Shown: positions 28,144 through 38,682 of the stretch, one piece after another
How the letters are laid out: every line of letters begins with the position of its first letter
How positions within the stretch are numbered: the first letter of the stretch is position 1
NCBI GenBank assembly: GCA_902826695.1
Contig: CADEFU010000013.1
Coordinates: 1-64,000, forward strand
Source: an uncultured Alphaproteobacteria bacterium
GTDB taxonomy: Bacteria > Pseudomonadota > Alphaproteobacteria > Micropepsales > Micropepsaceae
Direction of reading: 5' to 3'
DNA: 64,000 nucleotides
Made by a program: the position numbers and the translations under genes
Notes under the pieces: model-generated
Told to the model about the DNA's origin: nothing
Seen by the model: only the letters and a program-made list of their open reading frames with translations
Database searches by the model: none

Positions 28144-30405
28144 CTAGATCGCAACGCGCTCATTGATTGCAAATTGCCGCAATTGCTCCCGAAGCGAGTG
28201 ATCCGATTGGGCGAGCAGATTCGCGATGAGGACTTCCAGCCGACCGACGTCGAGGCCAAGTAGCATTTGCTTGACCGGGCCGATCGATGCCGGAGCCATC
28301 GAAAGAGACCGGAAACCAAGGCCAATCAAGGCCATGGCCTCAAGCGGGCGGCCGGCCATCTCGCCGCACAGCGTCACCGGAACTCCCCGGGCGCGAGCGG
28401 CGTCGACAATTCCCTTAAGGAAATTAAGCATAGGCGGACTCAGCAGGTCGTACCTGCCGCCAAGGCGCGGGTTGCCGCGGTCGCTGGCGAACAGGAACTG
28501 CATCAGGTCGTTCGAGCCGATAGAGACGAAGTCGGCGGCCGTGAGCAGTGCAGGGAGCTGGTAGGCCAGCGCCGGGACCTCGAGCATGCTGCCGACGCGG
28601 ATCTTGCGCGGCGGCTCGGCGCCGAATTTTGCAAGACGTTCGAGTTCGCGATCCACAAGCGTGCGTGCGGCGCGGAACTCCGCAACCTCCGCCACCATCG
28701 GGAACATGAGGTCGAGATCACGGCCTTTGGCCGCCGTCAGCAACGCACGAATTTGGTAGCGCAAGAGCGCGGGGCGATCGAGCGTCATGCGGATCGCGCG
28801 CCAGCCCATCGCCGGGTTCTCTTCAACAAGTGGGCGCGCGTAGGGGAGCACTTTGTCACCGCCGAGGTCGAGAGTACGGAAGACGACCTGGCGGCCGGCC
28901 GCACCATCGAGCACGGCGGCGTAAAGATCCACGAGCTGCTTTTGGCGCGGCAGTTCGTGCGAAATCATGAGTTGAAGTTCGGTGCGGAACAGACCAATGC
29001 CTTCGGCGCCGGTTTCCTCAAGATGCGGAATGTCGGCCAGCAGGCCGGCGTTCATCAATAGCTTGATGCGTTGGCCATCCTTGGTCACGCCGGGCATCAA
29101 GCGCATCGCGGCGAACGTCGCCTGGCGCTGCGCGCGGAGCGCGAGTTTGTGGCGGTAGGCTTCGCGCACGTCGTGGGCGGGGCGAACGTGGATCTCGGCG
29201 GTGTCGCCGTCGGCAATGACCCAGTCACCCGCTTCGACTTGATCGAGTACGCCTTCGATGCGGCCGATGAGCGGGATGTCGAGAGCGCGGGCGACAATCG
29301 CGACGTGGCTTGTGGGCGAGCCTTCTTCTAGGATCAGGCCGCGCAGCTTGGTGCGGTCGTAGTCGAGCAACTCGGCCGGTCCCATGGTACGTGCGAAGAG
29401 CATCGTGTCAGCGGGGAGCGCTTCGTGCGCCGAGGTGTCGGCCTTGCCGGTCAGGTGGCGCAGCAAACGGTTGGCCAGATCGTCAAGGTCGTGCAGACGC
29501 TCGCGGATCAGGGGGTCGGTCTGGCGGGCCATGCGGGCGCGGGTGTCGTTTTGCACGCGCTCAACGGCGCCTTCGGCGGTCAAGCCCGTCATTACCGCTT
29601 CGCGCAGCTTGTTCGTCCAGCCACGGTCGTGGGCGAACATTCGGTAGGCTTCGAGTACTTCGCGGGACTCGCCCGCGATCGTCGCGTCTTCGACGTCAAG
29701 CATGACGTCGATCGAGGTGCGCAGGTCGATGATCGCTTGATCGAGACGGTCGCGTTCGGCGACGACGTCGTCGGCGATCAGCTTTTCGACCTTGACGCGC
29801 GGCTCGTGCAGGACGGCGCGACCCATTGCGATGCCTTCGCAGAACGAGACGCCCTTGCCGCGCCAGGGGCGGTCGCGCTTCGGTCCGATGTCGATTTCGT
29901 TGACGTCGACGAGCGAACCGGAGACCACGAGTTCGGCGAGCACGGTGGCGACGGTCAGGAGCGCTTCGACTTCTTCCTCGCCATAGTGCCGGTGGGTCTT
30001 GTTTTGGACAGCGAGCACGCCCAGCGTCGCGCCGCCGCTTGCGATGATGGGAACGCCCAACATCGACTGATACGGATCTTCGCCGGTTTCGGGACGGTAG
30101 GAGAAGCTTGGGTGTTGAGGTGCGTCGGACAGATTCAAGGGCCGCGCGTGGAGCGCGATGTCGCCGATGATGCCTTCGCCTTTCTTCAGGCGCGTGTTGT
30201 GGACTGCGGCACGGTTCAAGCCCTCGGTCGCGAAGAGTTCGAGCCAACCGCCGGGCTTGGCAAGGTAGATCGAACAAACTTCGGCGACCATGTTGACCGC
30301 GATGACCTCAACCATCTTGTCGAGACGCGCCTGGGGCGAGATGCGCTCGAGCATGATCTCGCGCATGCGCTTCAAGATCAGACGTGGGCCGGCGGTGGCT
30401 GCCAT
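28144..30405 (-). CDS. ptsP: Phosphoenolpyruvate-protein phosphotransferase PtsP (EI-Ntr, with GAF domain)
   Basis: GAF N-terminus, PEP-utilizer blocks and a catalytic His region. The N-terminus aligns to E. coli PtsP from the ATG at 30405; the track start at 30465 is GTG. Confidence 0.9.
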   Translation of the reverse strand: MAATAGPRLILKRMREIMLERISPQARLDKMVEVIAVNMVAEVCSIYLAKPGGWLELFATEGLNRAAVHNTRLKKGEGIIGDIALHARPLNLSDAPQHPSFSYRPETGEDPYQSMLGVPIIASGGATLGVLAVQNKTHRHYGEEEVEALLTVATVLAELVVSGSLVDVNEIDIGPKRDRPWRGKGVSFCEGIAMGRAVLHEPRVKVEKLIADDVVAERDRLDQAIIDLRTSIDVMLDVEDATIAGESREVLEAYRMFAHDRGWTNKLREAVMTGLTAEGAVERVQNDTRARMARQTDPLIRERLHDLDDLANRLLRHLTGKADTSAHEALPADTMLFARTMGPAELLDYDRTKLRGLILEEGSPTSHVAIVARALDIPLIGRIEGVLDQVEAGDWVIADGDTAEIHVRPAHDVREAYRHKLALRAQRQATFAAMRLMPGVTKDGQRIKLLMNAGLLADIPHLEETGAEGIGLFRTELQLMISHELPRQKQLVDLYAAVLDGAAGRQVVFRTLDLGGDKVLPYARPLVEENPAMGWRAIRMTLDRPALLRYQIRALLTAAKGRDLDLMFPMVAEVAEFRAARTLVDRELERLAKFGAEPPRKIRVGSMLEVPALAYQLPALLTAADFVSIGSNDLMQFLFASDRGNPRLGGRYDLLSPPMLNFLKGIVDAARARGVPVTLCGEMAGRPLEAMALIGLGFRSLSMAPASIGPVKQMLLGLDVGRLEVLIANLLAQSDHSLREQLRQFAINERVAI

Positions 30406-30514
30406 TAGCCTGGTCCAGCAGTGGAATACACGACGCGCAGGCTCCCGGCAGGCGGAAGCCGACACCTCATGTTAGCCGCTTTCAAATTCGTGTCCCCAGT
30501 CCAATCGGCAGGCA

Positions 30515-31732
30515 CTATTTGTCCAATCCGTAGGCAGTGTGAAGCGCGCGGACGGCGGGGTCGGTCATTTCTGCGGCGATCAGGACGCTGATTTTGATTT
30601 CGGACGTCGAGATAACTTGGATGTTGATGCCCTTTGCGGCCAATGTCTTGAACATCGTTTGCGCGACACCGGCGTGCGCACGCATGCCGACGCCAATGAC
30701 CGAAACCTTAGCGACGTTCTTGTCGGTCAGGAGCTTCTGGTAGCCGATCGCCGTCTTGTTACGCTCGATGATGTGGATCGCGCGTTCGAACTCCGCCCTG
30801 CCGACCGTGAACGTCATATCGGTCGTGGCGCCGTCTTCGGACGTGTTCTGCACGATCATGTCGACGTTGATGCCGCCGTCGGCCAGCGGGCTGAAGATCG
30901 CCGCTGCGACACCGGGCTTGTCGAGCACCTTCACAAGCGTAATCTTCGCCTCGTCCCTGCTGTAGGCGATGCCGCTGACCAGTTGTTGTTCCACGATTTC
31001 GTCCTCATCGCACACGAGCGTGCCGGGCAAGTCTTCGAAGCTCGACAGAACTTGCACGGGCACTTTGTGAATCATTGCAAGCTCGACCGAGCGCGTCTGC
31101 AGCACCTTCGCGCCCAGCGATGCCATCTCGAGCATTTCTTCGTAGGAGATCTTGTCGAGCTTCCTGGCCTTCGGCGTGATGCGCGGATCGGTCGTGTAGA
31201 CGCCGTCGACGTCGGTGTAGATGTCGCAGCGTTCCGCCTTCAGGGCGGCAGCGACAGCGACGGCACTGGTGTCGGAGCCGCCGCGGCCAAGCGTTGTGAC
31301 ACGGTTATCGGGGCCTATCCCCTGAAATCCCGCGATCACGGCGACTTGGCCTTGGGCCAGACGCTCTTCCAAGACTTTGGTTTCGATGCCGGTGATCGCG
31401 GCCGAGCCGTGCATCCCCGTCGTGTGGATCGGAATCTGCCATCCAAGCCAGGAGCGGGCCTGTACGCCGATATGCTGAAGCGCGATCGAAAGGAGCCCGA
31501 CCGTGACCTGTTCGCCTGCCGCGACGACCGTGTCGTACTCGCGGGCGTCATGCAGCGGCGACAGTTCGCGCGCCCAATTGACCAGTTTGTTCGTCTCGCC
31601 CGACATGGCTGAGACGACGACCGCGACCTCAAAGCCGCGATCGACCTCGCGCTTAACTTTGAGGGCGACGTTGCGGATACGCTCGAGGTCCGCCACCGAC
31701 GTGCCTCCGAACTTCATTACGAGTCTGGGCAT
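30515..31732 (-). CDS. lysC: Aspartate kinase
   Basis: MPRLVMKFGGTSVAD... plus C-terminal ACT domains. Confidence 0.95.
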   Translation of the reverse strand: MPRLVMKFGGTSVADLERIRNVALKVKREVDRGFEVAVVVSAMSGETNKLVNWARELSPLHDAREYDTVVAAGEQVTVGLLSIALQHIGVQARSWLGWQIPIHTTGMHGSAAITGIETKVLEERLAQGQVAVIAGFQGIGPDNRVTTLGRGGSDTSAVAVAAALKAERCDIYTDVDGVYTTDPRITPKARKLDKISYEEMLEMASLGAKVLQTRSVELAMIHKVPVQVLSSFEDLPGTLVCDEDEIVEQQLVSGIAYSRDEAKITLVKVLDKPGVAAAIFSPLADGGINVDMIVQNTSEDGATTDMTFTVGRAEFERAIHIIERNKTAIGYQKLLTDKNVAKVSVIGVGMRAHAGVAQTMFKTLAAKGINIQVISTSEIKISVLIAAEMTDPAVRALHTAYGLDK

Positions 31733-31839
31733 GGTGGCGCGGCGTTAGGTCCGTGGTTTCAAGGGGTTGATTGGGCTCGGCTGGGGTATAGTTAGACTCC
31801 CAGTGTTTGTCACGCAACGCAGCGAGATAAGGGAAGCCA

Positions 31840-32586
31840 GTGTCAACCGTCACAGGAGCGCAATCCACAGTCGATGCGGCCGAGGTCGCGCGCTTTTCGG
31901 CGCTTGCTGCCGAATGGTGGAATCCGCATGGGAAGTTCGGTGTCCTGCACCGGTTCAATCCAGTTCGGCTCGGCTTTATCCGCGACGAAGCTGAGGCTCA
32001 TTTCGGGCGCGATGCGAAGGGGCCGAAGCCGTTCGCCGGGTTGCGGCTACTCGACATCGGTTGCGGCGGCGGGCTGTTGAGCGAGCCGATGGCGCGGCTT
32101 GGGTTCGACGTTTTGGGCGCCGATGCGTCGGAGAAGAACATCAAAACTGCGGCAACGCATGCCGCGGAGGTCGAGCTTGCCATCGACTACCGCGCGACGA
32201 CGGCAGAGGCGCTGGCCGAGGCAGGCGAGCGATTCGACGTGATCCTCAACATGGAAGTGATCGAACACGTCGCCGATTTGAACCTGTTCGTAAAAAGCTG
32301 CACGTCGATGCTGAAGCCCGGCGGGCTGATGTTCGTGGCCACGATCAATCGCACGGCGAAGGCCTATGCGCTTGCGATCGTGGGGGCAGAGTACGTGCTC
32401 GGCTGGTTGCCGAAGGGTACGCACGATTGGAACAAATTCGTGAAGCCGCTGGAACTGGACACGGCGCTCACACGCGCGGGGCTCGACGTCACAAAAGAGA
32501 CGGGCGTCATGTTCAATCCACTTAGCGGCGGGTTCATGCTGGCCAACGACACCGACGTGAATTACATGGTGGTGGCGAAGAAATAG
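31840..32586 (+). CDS. ubiG: Ubiquinone biosynthesis O-methyltransferase
   Basis: [45 protein letters not shown] start preceded by AAGGGA. Confidence 0.9.
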   Translation: MSTVTGAQSTVDAAEVARFSALAAEWWNPHGKFGVLHRFNPVRLGFIRDEAEAHFGRDAKGPKPFAGLRLLDIGCGGGLLSEPMARLGFDVLGADASEKNIKTAATHAAEVELAIDYRATTAEALAEAGERFDVILNMEVIEHVADLNLFVKSCTSMLKPGGLMFVATINRTAKAYALAIVGAEYVLGWLPKGTHDWNKFVKPLELDTALTRAGLDVTKETGVMFNPLSGGFMLANDTDVNYMVVAKK

Positions 32587-32601
32587 CGGGAATTCCGCCC
32601 C

Positions 32602-33189
32602 ATGGCCGTGCGCTTGTTTGCGATTGCCGTTGTTGCTCTTGTGCTTGCCGGGTGCGGGATGACGCGCCATTCGGTCTCGATTGCGCCGGTTGGCGTGGTG
32701 CGGGTTGGCCAATCCCAGATGCCGGTTCGCTCGGACAAGCCTCTTGGCGACGGACTACGCGTCGATTTCACCTCGAGTCCGGACTTGCTGTCGGAGGTGG
32801 GTTACATTTTCGCAGATATGCAATTCTGTGGTGACGACCTCATTCGGGTGACTGCCGGCATTGGCGGGCCCTTTCTCGGCCGGGCCTCAATCCGCCATCC
32901 CGTGGAACGCCAGCGGGTCGCCGCACAATTGGCGCCGCCGTCCGCGTCTGCGCCGCCGATTTACTCCGCGTATCTCTTCGTGGCCCGGCCCGCCACCCCT
33001 CCGTCAATGCCGATGGCGGGGCGTCCGGGCGAGTACCAGTTGCCCGCGGAGCCCGCCTACGACCTGCGGCGCGAGCCGCGAGCGATATGTTTGTCGTTGA
33101 GTTTGCGCGAGGGGTACGAACTAGCGCGGACCACGAACAGGCTGACGTTCTCAGCAGAGCAAGTCGCGGCGGCGTTGGCCGCGCGCTAA
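32602..33189 (+). CDS. Hypothetical lipoprotein
   Basis: MAVRLFAIAVVALVLAGCG lipobox. No family recognised. Confidence 0.5.
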   Translation: MAVRLFAIAVVALVLAGCGMTRHSVSIAPVGVVRVGQSQMPVRSDKPLGDGLRVDFTSSPDLLSEVGYIFADMQFCGDDLIRVTAGIGGPFLGRASIRHPVERQRVAAQLAPPSASAPPIYSAYLFVARPATPPSMPMAGRPGEYQLPAEPAYDLRREPRAICLSLSLREGYELARTTNRLTFSAEQVAAALAAR

Positions 33190-33593
33190 GAATCCGTGCG
33201 CGGCAGGCTTGGGATCGGGGCTACGGGGATACCTTCTTCGATCAGCTCTTTGGCATCGTCGAGGGTCGCTTCGCCGTAGATTTGGCGTTCCTTGGCGTCG
33301 CCGTAGTGGATCGCGCGGGCTTCGTCAGGAAATTTTTCGCCGACGTATTCGGCGTTCTTTTCGACATCCTTGCGGATGTTCGTCACCCACTCGCGCATCG
33401 CTTTCGCCTGGGCAGCGGATTGTTCGGCTTTCTTCGCGATCGCAGGCGCCATCGGCGCCTTTTTGATCTTCTTCGAATTGCAGGTCGGGCAGACGAGCAG
33501 GCCCTTCTTGGCCTGCGCGTCGTAGGCGGCGGAATCGCGGAACCAGCCTTCGAAGCCGTGGTCCTTGGGGCAGACCAGCTGATAGCGGATCAT
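33186..33593 (-). CDS. DUF1178 family protein
   Basis: MIRYQLVCPKDHGFEGWFRDSAAYDAQAKKGLLVCPTCNS matches the DUF1178 N-terminal zinc-ribbon-like pattern. Confidence 0.75.
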   Translation of the reverse strand: MIRYQLVCPKDHGFEGWFRDSAAYDAQAKKGLLVCPTCNSKKIKKAPMAPAIAKKAEQSAAQAKAMREWVTNIRKDVEKNAEYVGEKFPDEARAIHYGDAKERQIYGEATLDDAKELIEEGIPVAPIPSLPRTDS

Positions 33594-33745
33594 AACGCGA
33601 CGCCTAACTCTCTTTGCACGCCTGGCACCTCTACAAGATGACTGTCGGCGGGTGTTTCGACAAGACCTGCCTATGGCACGCCTTGGGCCTTAATGAAGAG
33701 TAAATCCCCGGGCGTTGCACAACCGCTGTCGTTTGTGCGAGCCGC

Positions 33746-34984
33746 TCACGTTACGGCTTTGCGCGCTTTGAACGCGGGCGTGTCCCAGGCGCGTGTGGTC
33801 ATCACGTCGTCGATGACTGCTGCCGCGTCGAAGACTTCGACAAAGCGCGTGTAGAGCGGCGAGAAGCCGAAGCGTGCGATATTCGGCGCGCGGAAGTCGC
33901 CGATGACGTTGCGGGCGATAACGGCCTGCATAATCGCGTAGCCCTCGTCGTGCGCGAGTGAGACCACGCCGCCGCGGCGCTTTGCGTCGCGCGGGCTTGC
34001 GATCGCAAAGCCATGGCGCACGAGGCGTTCGTCGGCGAGGGCGACGAAGAAGCTGGTGAGGCTTTGGGCTCTCTCATAAAGCGCTGGTAGATCGACCCCG
34101 TCGAAGGCGTCGAGCGCTGCGTCGAGGGCTGTGAGCGAGAGGATCGGTGGTGTGCCGGTCAGCAGCTTGTCCATGCCCTTGGCGTGGACGTAATCGTCGG
34201 CGAAGGCGAATGGGTCGGCGTGGCCGAGCCAACCCGTGAGTGGGTGATCGAGCGCCGCATGGTGATGCTTGGCCGCGTAAATGTAGGCGGGCGCGCCGGG
34301 GCCGCCGTTCAAGTACTTATAGCCGCAGCCCACGGCGAAGTCGGCGTTCACCTTGCCGAGTTCGAGGGGCAAGATGCCCGCACTGTGCGAGAGATCCCAC
34401 ACGGTTAGCGCGCCTCTAGCTTGGGCTGCGGCCGTGATTGCGGGCATGTCGTAGACGAGGCCGGTCTTATAGTTCGTGTGGGTGAGCATGACGACCGCGG
34501 TGTCATCATCTATTGCGCCGATCAGGTCGCTGGCATCGACACGGGCGAAGCGGTTGCCGGTCGCTGCAGCGACACCACTTGCGATGTATGCGTCGGTCGG
34601 GAAGTCGCCCCTGATTCCAAGAATCGTTTTGCGGTTCGGGCGCAAGCGGAGGGCGGCGCTCAACACTTTGAACAGGTCGACGGAGGTGGAGTCGGTGACG
34701 ATGACTTCGTTCGCGTCGACGCCGATGAGTTTTGCGATCTTCGCGCCGACGCGCTGAGATGCGGTGTACCAGCCAGCGTCGTTCCACGAACGGATCAACC
34801 CCCTGCCCCATTCGTTTTCAACGGCTTCGCGCATACGTGCAGGGACGCTCTTTGGAAGGCAGCCGAGCGAATTGCCGTCGAGATAGATGACTCCGTCGGG
34901 AACCTCAAAACGGTCGCGCAAGTGAGCGAGCGGGTCGGCAGCGTCACGCGCCAAGCATGCAGCGCGTGTCACTTGGTCAGCCAA
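33746..34984 (-). CDS. kynU: Kynureninase
   Basis: LAHLRDRFEVPDGVIYLDGNSLG aligns with bacterial KynU N-termini. PLP-binding fold and TTG start. Confidence 0.85.
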   Translation of the reverse strand: MADQVTRAACLARDAADPLAHLRDRFEVPDGVIYLDGNSLGCLPKSVPARMREAVENEWGRGLIRSWNDAGWYTASQRVGAKIAKLIGVDANEVIVTDSTSVDLFKVLSAALRLRPNRKTILGIRGDFPTDAYIASGVAAATGNRFARVDASDLIGAIDDDTAVVMLTHTNYKTGLVYDMPAITAAAQARGALTVWDLSHSAGILPLELGKVNADFAVGCGYKYLNGGPGAPAYIYAAKHHHAALDHPLTGWLGHADPFAFADDYVHAKGMDKLLTGTPPILSLTALDAALDAFDGVDLPALYERAQSLTSFFVALADERLVRHGFAIASPRDAKRRGGVVSLAHDEGYAIMQAVIARNVIGDFRAPNIARFGFSPLYTRFVEVFDAAAVIDDVMTTRAWDTPAFKARKAVT

Positions 34985-35801
34985 GCTTGAACTCGCGGTC
35001 GTGGTTGAGGGCTGGCACGCGCGAGCGCGCTTCTGCGACTTTTGTCGGGTCGATGTCGGCGGTGATGATGCCCGGGGCGTCGCCGGCCTCGGCGATGATG
35101 TTGCCCCAGGGATCCACGATCAGGCTATGGCCGAAGGTGTGGCGGCCGTTTTCGTGTTTGCCGCCTTGGGCGGGGGCGATGACGAAGCAACCGGTTTCGA
35201 TGGCGCGGGCCCGCTGCAGCGTGTGCCAGTGGGCTTGGCCGGTCGTGTGGGTGAAGGCGGCGGGAACGCTGAGGAACGCGGCGCCGGCTTTGGCGAGGGC
35301 GCGGTAGAGGTGCGGAAAGCGCAGGTCGTAGCAGACGCTCAGGCCCAACTTGCCCCATGGTGTGTTCGCGACGACGGCGCGTTCGCCGGGGCGGTAGTTT
35401 TTGGACTCGCGATACACTTCGCCACCGGGCAGATCGACATCGAACATGTGGATCTTGTCGTAAGTCGCGCGAATAGAGCCCTTCGCGTCGATCAGGAACG
35501 AGCGGTTGGCGCAGCGGCGTTCTTCGACTTTGATCGGGAGCGAGCCGATCAGGAGCCAGAGCGATAGCTCTTCGGCGAGGGCACGGAAGGCCTTGAGGGC
35601 GACGTCGCTTTCTTCGGTTTGGACTTTCGCGAACAGCGCGTCGGATTCGGCTTCAAACAGCGACGTCATTTCCGGCGTCGCGGCGAAGTGAGCGCCCTTT
35701 GCCTTTGCTTCGCGGATGAGCGCGGTTGCGGCCTCGATGTTGGCCGCGACGTCTAGGCCCGTGCGCATTTGCACGCAGGCGGCACGGAATGTCTGGTTCA
35801 T
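34977..35801 (-). CDS. Carbon-nitrogen hydrolase (nitrilase superfamily) protein
   Basis: Glu-Lys-Cys triad context (FAATPEM, ...IDAKG..., ...GLSVCYDLRFP). Confidence 0.85.
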   Translation of the reverse strand: MNQTFRAACVQMRTGLDVAANIEAATALIREAKAKGAHFAATPEMTSLFEAESDALFAKVQTEESDVALKAFRALAEELSLWLLIGSLPIKVEERRCANRSFLIDAKGSIRATYDKIHMFDVDLPGGEVYRESKNYRPGERAVVANTPWGKLGLSVCYDLRFPHLYRALAKAGAAFLSVPAAFTHTTGQAHWHTLQRARAIETGCFVIAPAQGGKHENGRHTFGHSLIVDPWGNIIAEAGDAPGIITADIDPTKVAEARSRVPALNHDREFKLG

Positions 35802-35811
35802 GAAATCGAGG

Positions 35812-36096
35812 TTAGCCGGGTGCCAACAGCGAGTCGAGCTTGCCCGCGTCTTCGAGCGCGTAAAGGTCGTCGCAGCCGCCGATGTGCATGTCGCCGACGA
35901 AGATTTGCGGGACCGTGTGGCGGCCGGCGCGCTTGGTCATTTCGGCGCGCTTTTCAACGTCCATGCCGACATCGATTTCGGTGAAGCTCACGCCCTTTTT
36001 GCGGAGCAGCGCCTTCGCGCGATGGCAATAGGGGCATAGCAACATCGAGTACACGACGATGGGCGACGTTTCCGGGTGAGCGACCGCAGCTGACAT
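35812..36096 (-). CDS. grxC: Glutaredoxin 3
   Basis: VVYSMLLCPYCHRAKALL CPYC active site. Confidence 0.9.
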   Translation of the reverse strand: MSAAVAHPETSPIVVYSMLLCPYCHRAKALLRKKGVSFTEIDVGMDVEKRAEMTKRAGRHTVPQIFVGDMHIGGCDDLYALEDAGKLDSLLAPG

Positions 36097-36164
36097 GGAG
36101 AATCGACCTGCACGACTTCAACAAAGGATATAGGGCACTTTCGAGCGAAGGCTACTGGCAATCA

Positions 36165-36938
36165 TTATAGGGACAGGCTTAACGGCCGGACAACGCGCGC
36201 CAGTGTGACTACCGATACACAGGCTGCGCCTGCCTTTGTCAGGAGTTTAGCGCAGGCGCCGACGGTCGCGCCGGTGGTTAGGACGTCGTCAACCAAGACG
36301 ATTCTGCGGCCGGCGATTTTCGCCCTGCCCGTTTCGGCAAGTGCGAAGGCGCGGACCACATTCTTTGCGCGGGCGCGGGCGGACGGCATTTCGCCTTGGC
36401 TCGGCGTGGCCTTGGTTCTGATCAATGATGCGGTGTCGACGGGAACGCGGGTGAGAGTGCCGATCGCTTGCGCCAGTTCTGCAGCTTGGTTGTAGCGGCG
36501 CGCGGCAAGGCGCCGCCAGTGCAGGGGCACAGGTACCAGCACATCGGCGTCGCGCAGCGCATCACGCGATGCGGACACCATCCAGCGCGCGAAAAGCGGG
36601 ACAGTTTCCAAACGGTCGGCGTGTTTGAAGCCCAAGACAAGATCGCGGCTTGCGTCGTCGTAGGCGAGCGCCGCACGCGATACATTGAAGGGCGGTGGAT
36701 GGGCGAGGCAGGCCGCGCATTTGACGCCCTCACCCAAAGCATGGGGAAACGGGATGCCGCATTGGGCGCAGTGTGGAGCGCTTAGGAACCTAAGTTCGCC
36801 CCAGCACGGCGCACATACGGATTGCGGCTCGCCGACGGGCGCGCGACACTTCAGGCAGAGCGGCGGGAGAACAAGATCCAGCGCGGCGCGGCCGGCCGCG
36901 CGCGTGAACTTTGCGATACTGAAGGTCCCCAAACCCAT
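36165..36938 (-). CDS. comF: ComF family phosphoribosyltransferase-domain protein
   Basis: N-terminal double zinc ribbon (CLKC...CAPC...CAQC...CAAC) and C-terminal PRTase VLVDDVLTTGAT. Confidence 0.8.
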   Translation of the reverse strand: MGLGTFSIAKFTRAAGRAALDLVLPPLCLKCRAPVGEPQSVCAPCWGELRFLSAPHCAQCGIPFPHALGEGVKCAACLAHPPPFNVSRAALAYDDASRDLVLGFKHADRLETVPLFARWMVSASRDALRDADVLVPVPLHWRRLAARRYNQAAELAQAIGTLTRVPVDTASLIRTKATPSQGEMPSARARAKNVVRAFALAETGRAKIAGRRIVLVDDVLTTGATVGACAKLLTKAGAACVSVVTLARVVRPLSLSL

Positions 36939-36966
36939 CGCTGATCATGGCGCGGCGCTTTCGAAC

Positions 36967-37764
36967 ATGCCAGAGTTGGCGCGCGAGATGAGTGACGTTC
37001 CACAGATATTCGACCCGCGGTTGCGAAGGCGGCGGCGCGTGCGCGCCGCGCAACAATTTGATGCGTACTCGTTCCTCGCCACTAGGGCTCGCGACGAACT
37101 CGGCGAACGGCTTGCGGCGATCAACCCTTCCATGGATCGAGCCGTATGGCACGGCGCAACGGCACCTCCCCAGTCCGGGGACGCGCACTGGATCGACACC
37201 GACAGCGTGTATTCGTTCGCTTCTGCGGACGGCGTCGTATTCGACGAGGAGGCGATCCCGTTCGCAGACGGGACGCTGGACGCCTATGTCAGCGTACTGA
37301 CGCTCCACACAGTGAACGACTTGCCAGGAACGCTGGCGCAGGTTCGCCGCTGCTTGAAGCCGAACGGTCTGTTCATGGCTGCCTTATTTGGCGGGCAAAC
37401 TCTGCAGGAATTGAAAGTTGCGCTTGCCGAAGCCGAGATCGAAATCGCGGGCGGATTGTCGCCAAGGGTCGCGCCCACCGTCGACGTGCGCGATGCCGGT
37501 GCATTGCTGCAGCGGGCGGGGTTTGCGCTGCCCGTCGCCGATATCGAACCCGTGAGGGTGCGGTACGAGCATCCGCTCAAGTTGCTGGCCGACTTGCGTG
37601 GGATGGGCGAGACGAGCGTTCTAACGCAGCGTCGGCGGACGTTCTTGACGCGCGCGGTTTTGGAGCGCACTTGCCAAGTCTATTTCGGAAAATTCGGCGG
37701 CGACGATGGGCGCGTCGCCGCTAGTTTCGACATACTGTTTTTGACAGGCTTCGCGCCCGGCTAG
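36967..37764 (+). CDS. Class I SAM-dependent methyltransferase
   Basis: The ORF track start at 36685 would overlap comF, so the start was moved to the ATG at 36967. The methyltransferase fold is inferred from ...LDAYVSVLTLHTVNDLPG... The protein is conserved next to grxC-comF in alphaproteobacteria. Confidence 0.7.
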   Translation: MPELAREMSDVPQIFDPRLRRRRRVRAAQQFDAYSFLATRARDELGERLAAINPSMDRAVWHGATAPPQSGDAHWIDTDSVYSFASADGVVFDEEAIPFADGTLDAYVSVLTLHTVNDLPGTLAQVRRCLKPNGLFMAALFGGQTLQELKVALAEAEIEIAGGLSPRVAPTVDVRDAGALLQRAGFALPVADIEPVRVRYEHPLKLLADLRGMGETSVLTQRRRTFLTRAVLERTCQVYFGKFGGDDGRVAASFDILFLTGFAPG

Positions 37765-37934
37765 GTCATCGCCGACGCGACCACGTTGAACATCGCGGTG
37801 GCGGCGCTAGCCACAGATTCAACCGATGCCAAGATCGCCAAAAATATCAGCGAAATGATCAGGCCATACTCAATGGCCGTCGCTCCGCCTTGATCGACGG
37901 CAAATTTGTGTAGCATTCGAGTGAGGGCGCTCAT
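37761..37934 (-). CDS. flp: Flp/Fap family type IVb pilin (57 aa)
   Basis: MSALTRMLHKFAVDQGGATAIEYGLIISLIFLAI: the Flp motif G/ATAIEYGLI followed by a hydrophobic stretch. ATG at 37934. Confidence 0.7.
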   Translation of the reverse strand: MSALTRMLHKFAVDQGGATAIEYGLIISLIFLAILASVESVASAATAMFNVVASAMT

Positions 37935-38038
37935 CCGTCCACCTCGTTTGGGTTCGTTCGCCCGTGACAATGGCGCGCCTGCCGTTAACAGGCCGTAACA
38001 TCGACAATTTTACGGATCGCGAAACAGCGCGCTTTGTT

Positions 38039-38452
38039 TCAAATCAGGTCACGCAGTTGAGCGACCAGCGGAATGTCGGCCGGCGGCATTTCGTAGTTGC
38101 CCATTTCCTTCGGACGCACCCAGGCCAGCTTTTGACCCTCACGCGGGTGGACAATGCCCTCCCAACGCCGGCACAGATACAACGGCATCAACAGGTGAAA
38201 GGCTTGGTAACCATGCGACGCGAATGCGAAGGGCGCGAGGCAATCTTCCTTCACGCGGATGCCGAGCTCTTCGTTGAGTTCGCGGATAAGCGTGGTTTCC
38301 GGGCGTTCGCCGGTTTCGACTTTGCCGCCTGGGAACTCCCAAAGGCCCGCCATCGACTTGCCTTCAGGGCGTTGTGCAAGAAGGACGCGGCCATCGGGGT
38401 CGATGAGCGCACACGCGGCGACGAGCAGTATTTTGTTTTGGCCTTCAGACAT
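38039..38452 (-). CDS. mutT: NUDIX hydrolase, 8-oxo-dGTP diphosphatase-like
   Basis: Nudix box GKVETGERPETTLIRELNEELGI. The start was moved to the ATG at 38452, which aligns to E. coli MutT. Confidence 0.85.
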   Translation of the reverse strand: MSEGQNKILLVAACALIDPDGRVLLAQRPEGKSMAGLWEFPGGKVETGERPETTLIRELNEELGIRVKEDCLAPFAFASHGYQAFHLLMPLYLCRRWEGIVHPREGQKLAWVRPKEMGNYEMPPADIPLVAQLRDLI

Positions 38453-38520
38453 CACGACCCGGCGCGGTTGAGCGGTGGGTTGTAGTCTGGCCGATCCGGG
38501 GCTCAAAGCAAACGGCATGG

Positions 38521-38682
38521 CTAGACGCGCCCGACGATGAGGTCAAAGAGGTCCTTTACGCTTGGGGAGATCACCTGCAGCGTCACAAGGATCGCGACGG
38601 AGATGAGCACGGAAATCGCGCCGTATTCGATCGAGGTCGCGGCACTCTTGTCGTTCCAGAAAGAATCGAAGAAATCGCGCAT
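38521..38682 (-). CDS. flp: Flp/Fap family pilin (53 aa), second copy
   Basis: MRDFFDSFWNDKSAATSIEYGAISVLISVAILV: Flp motif SAATSIEYG. ATG at 38682. Confidence 0.65.
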   Translation of the reverse strand: MRDFFDSFWNDKSAATSIEYGAISVLISVAILVTLQVISPSVKDLFDLIVGRV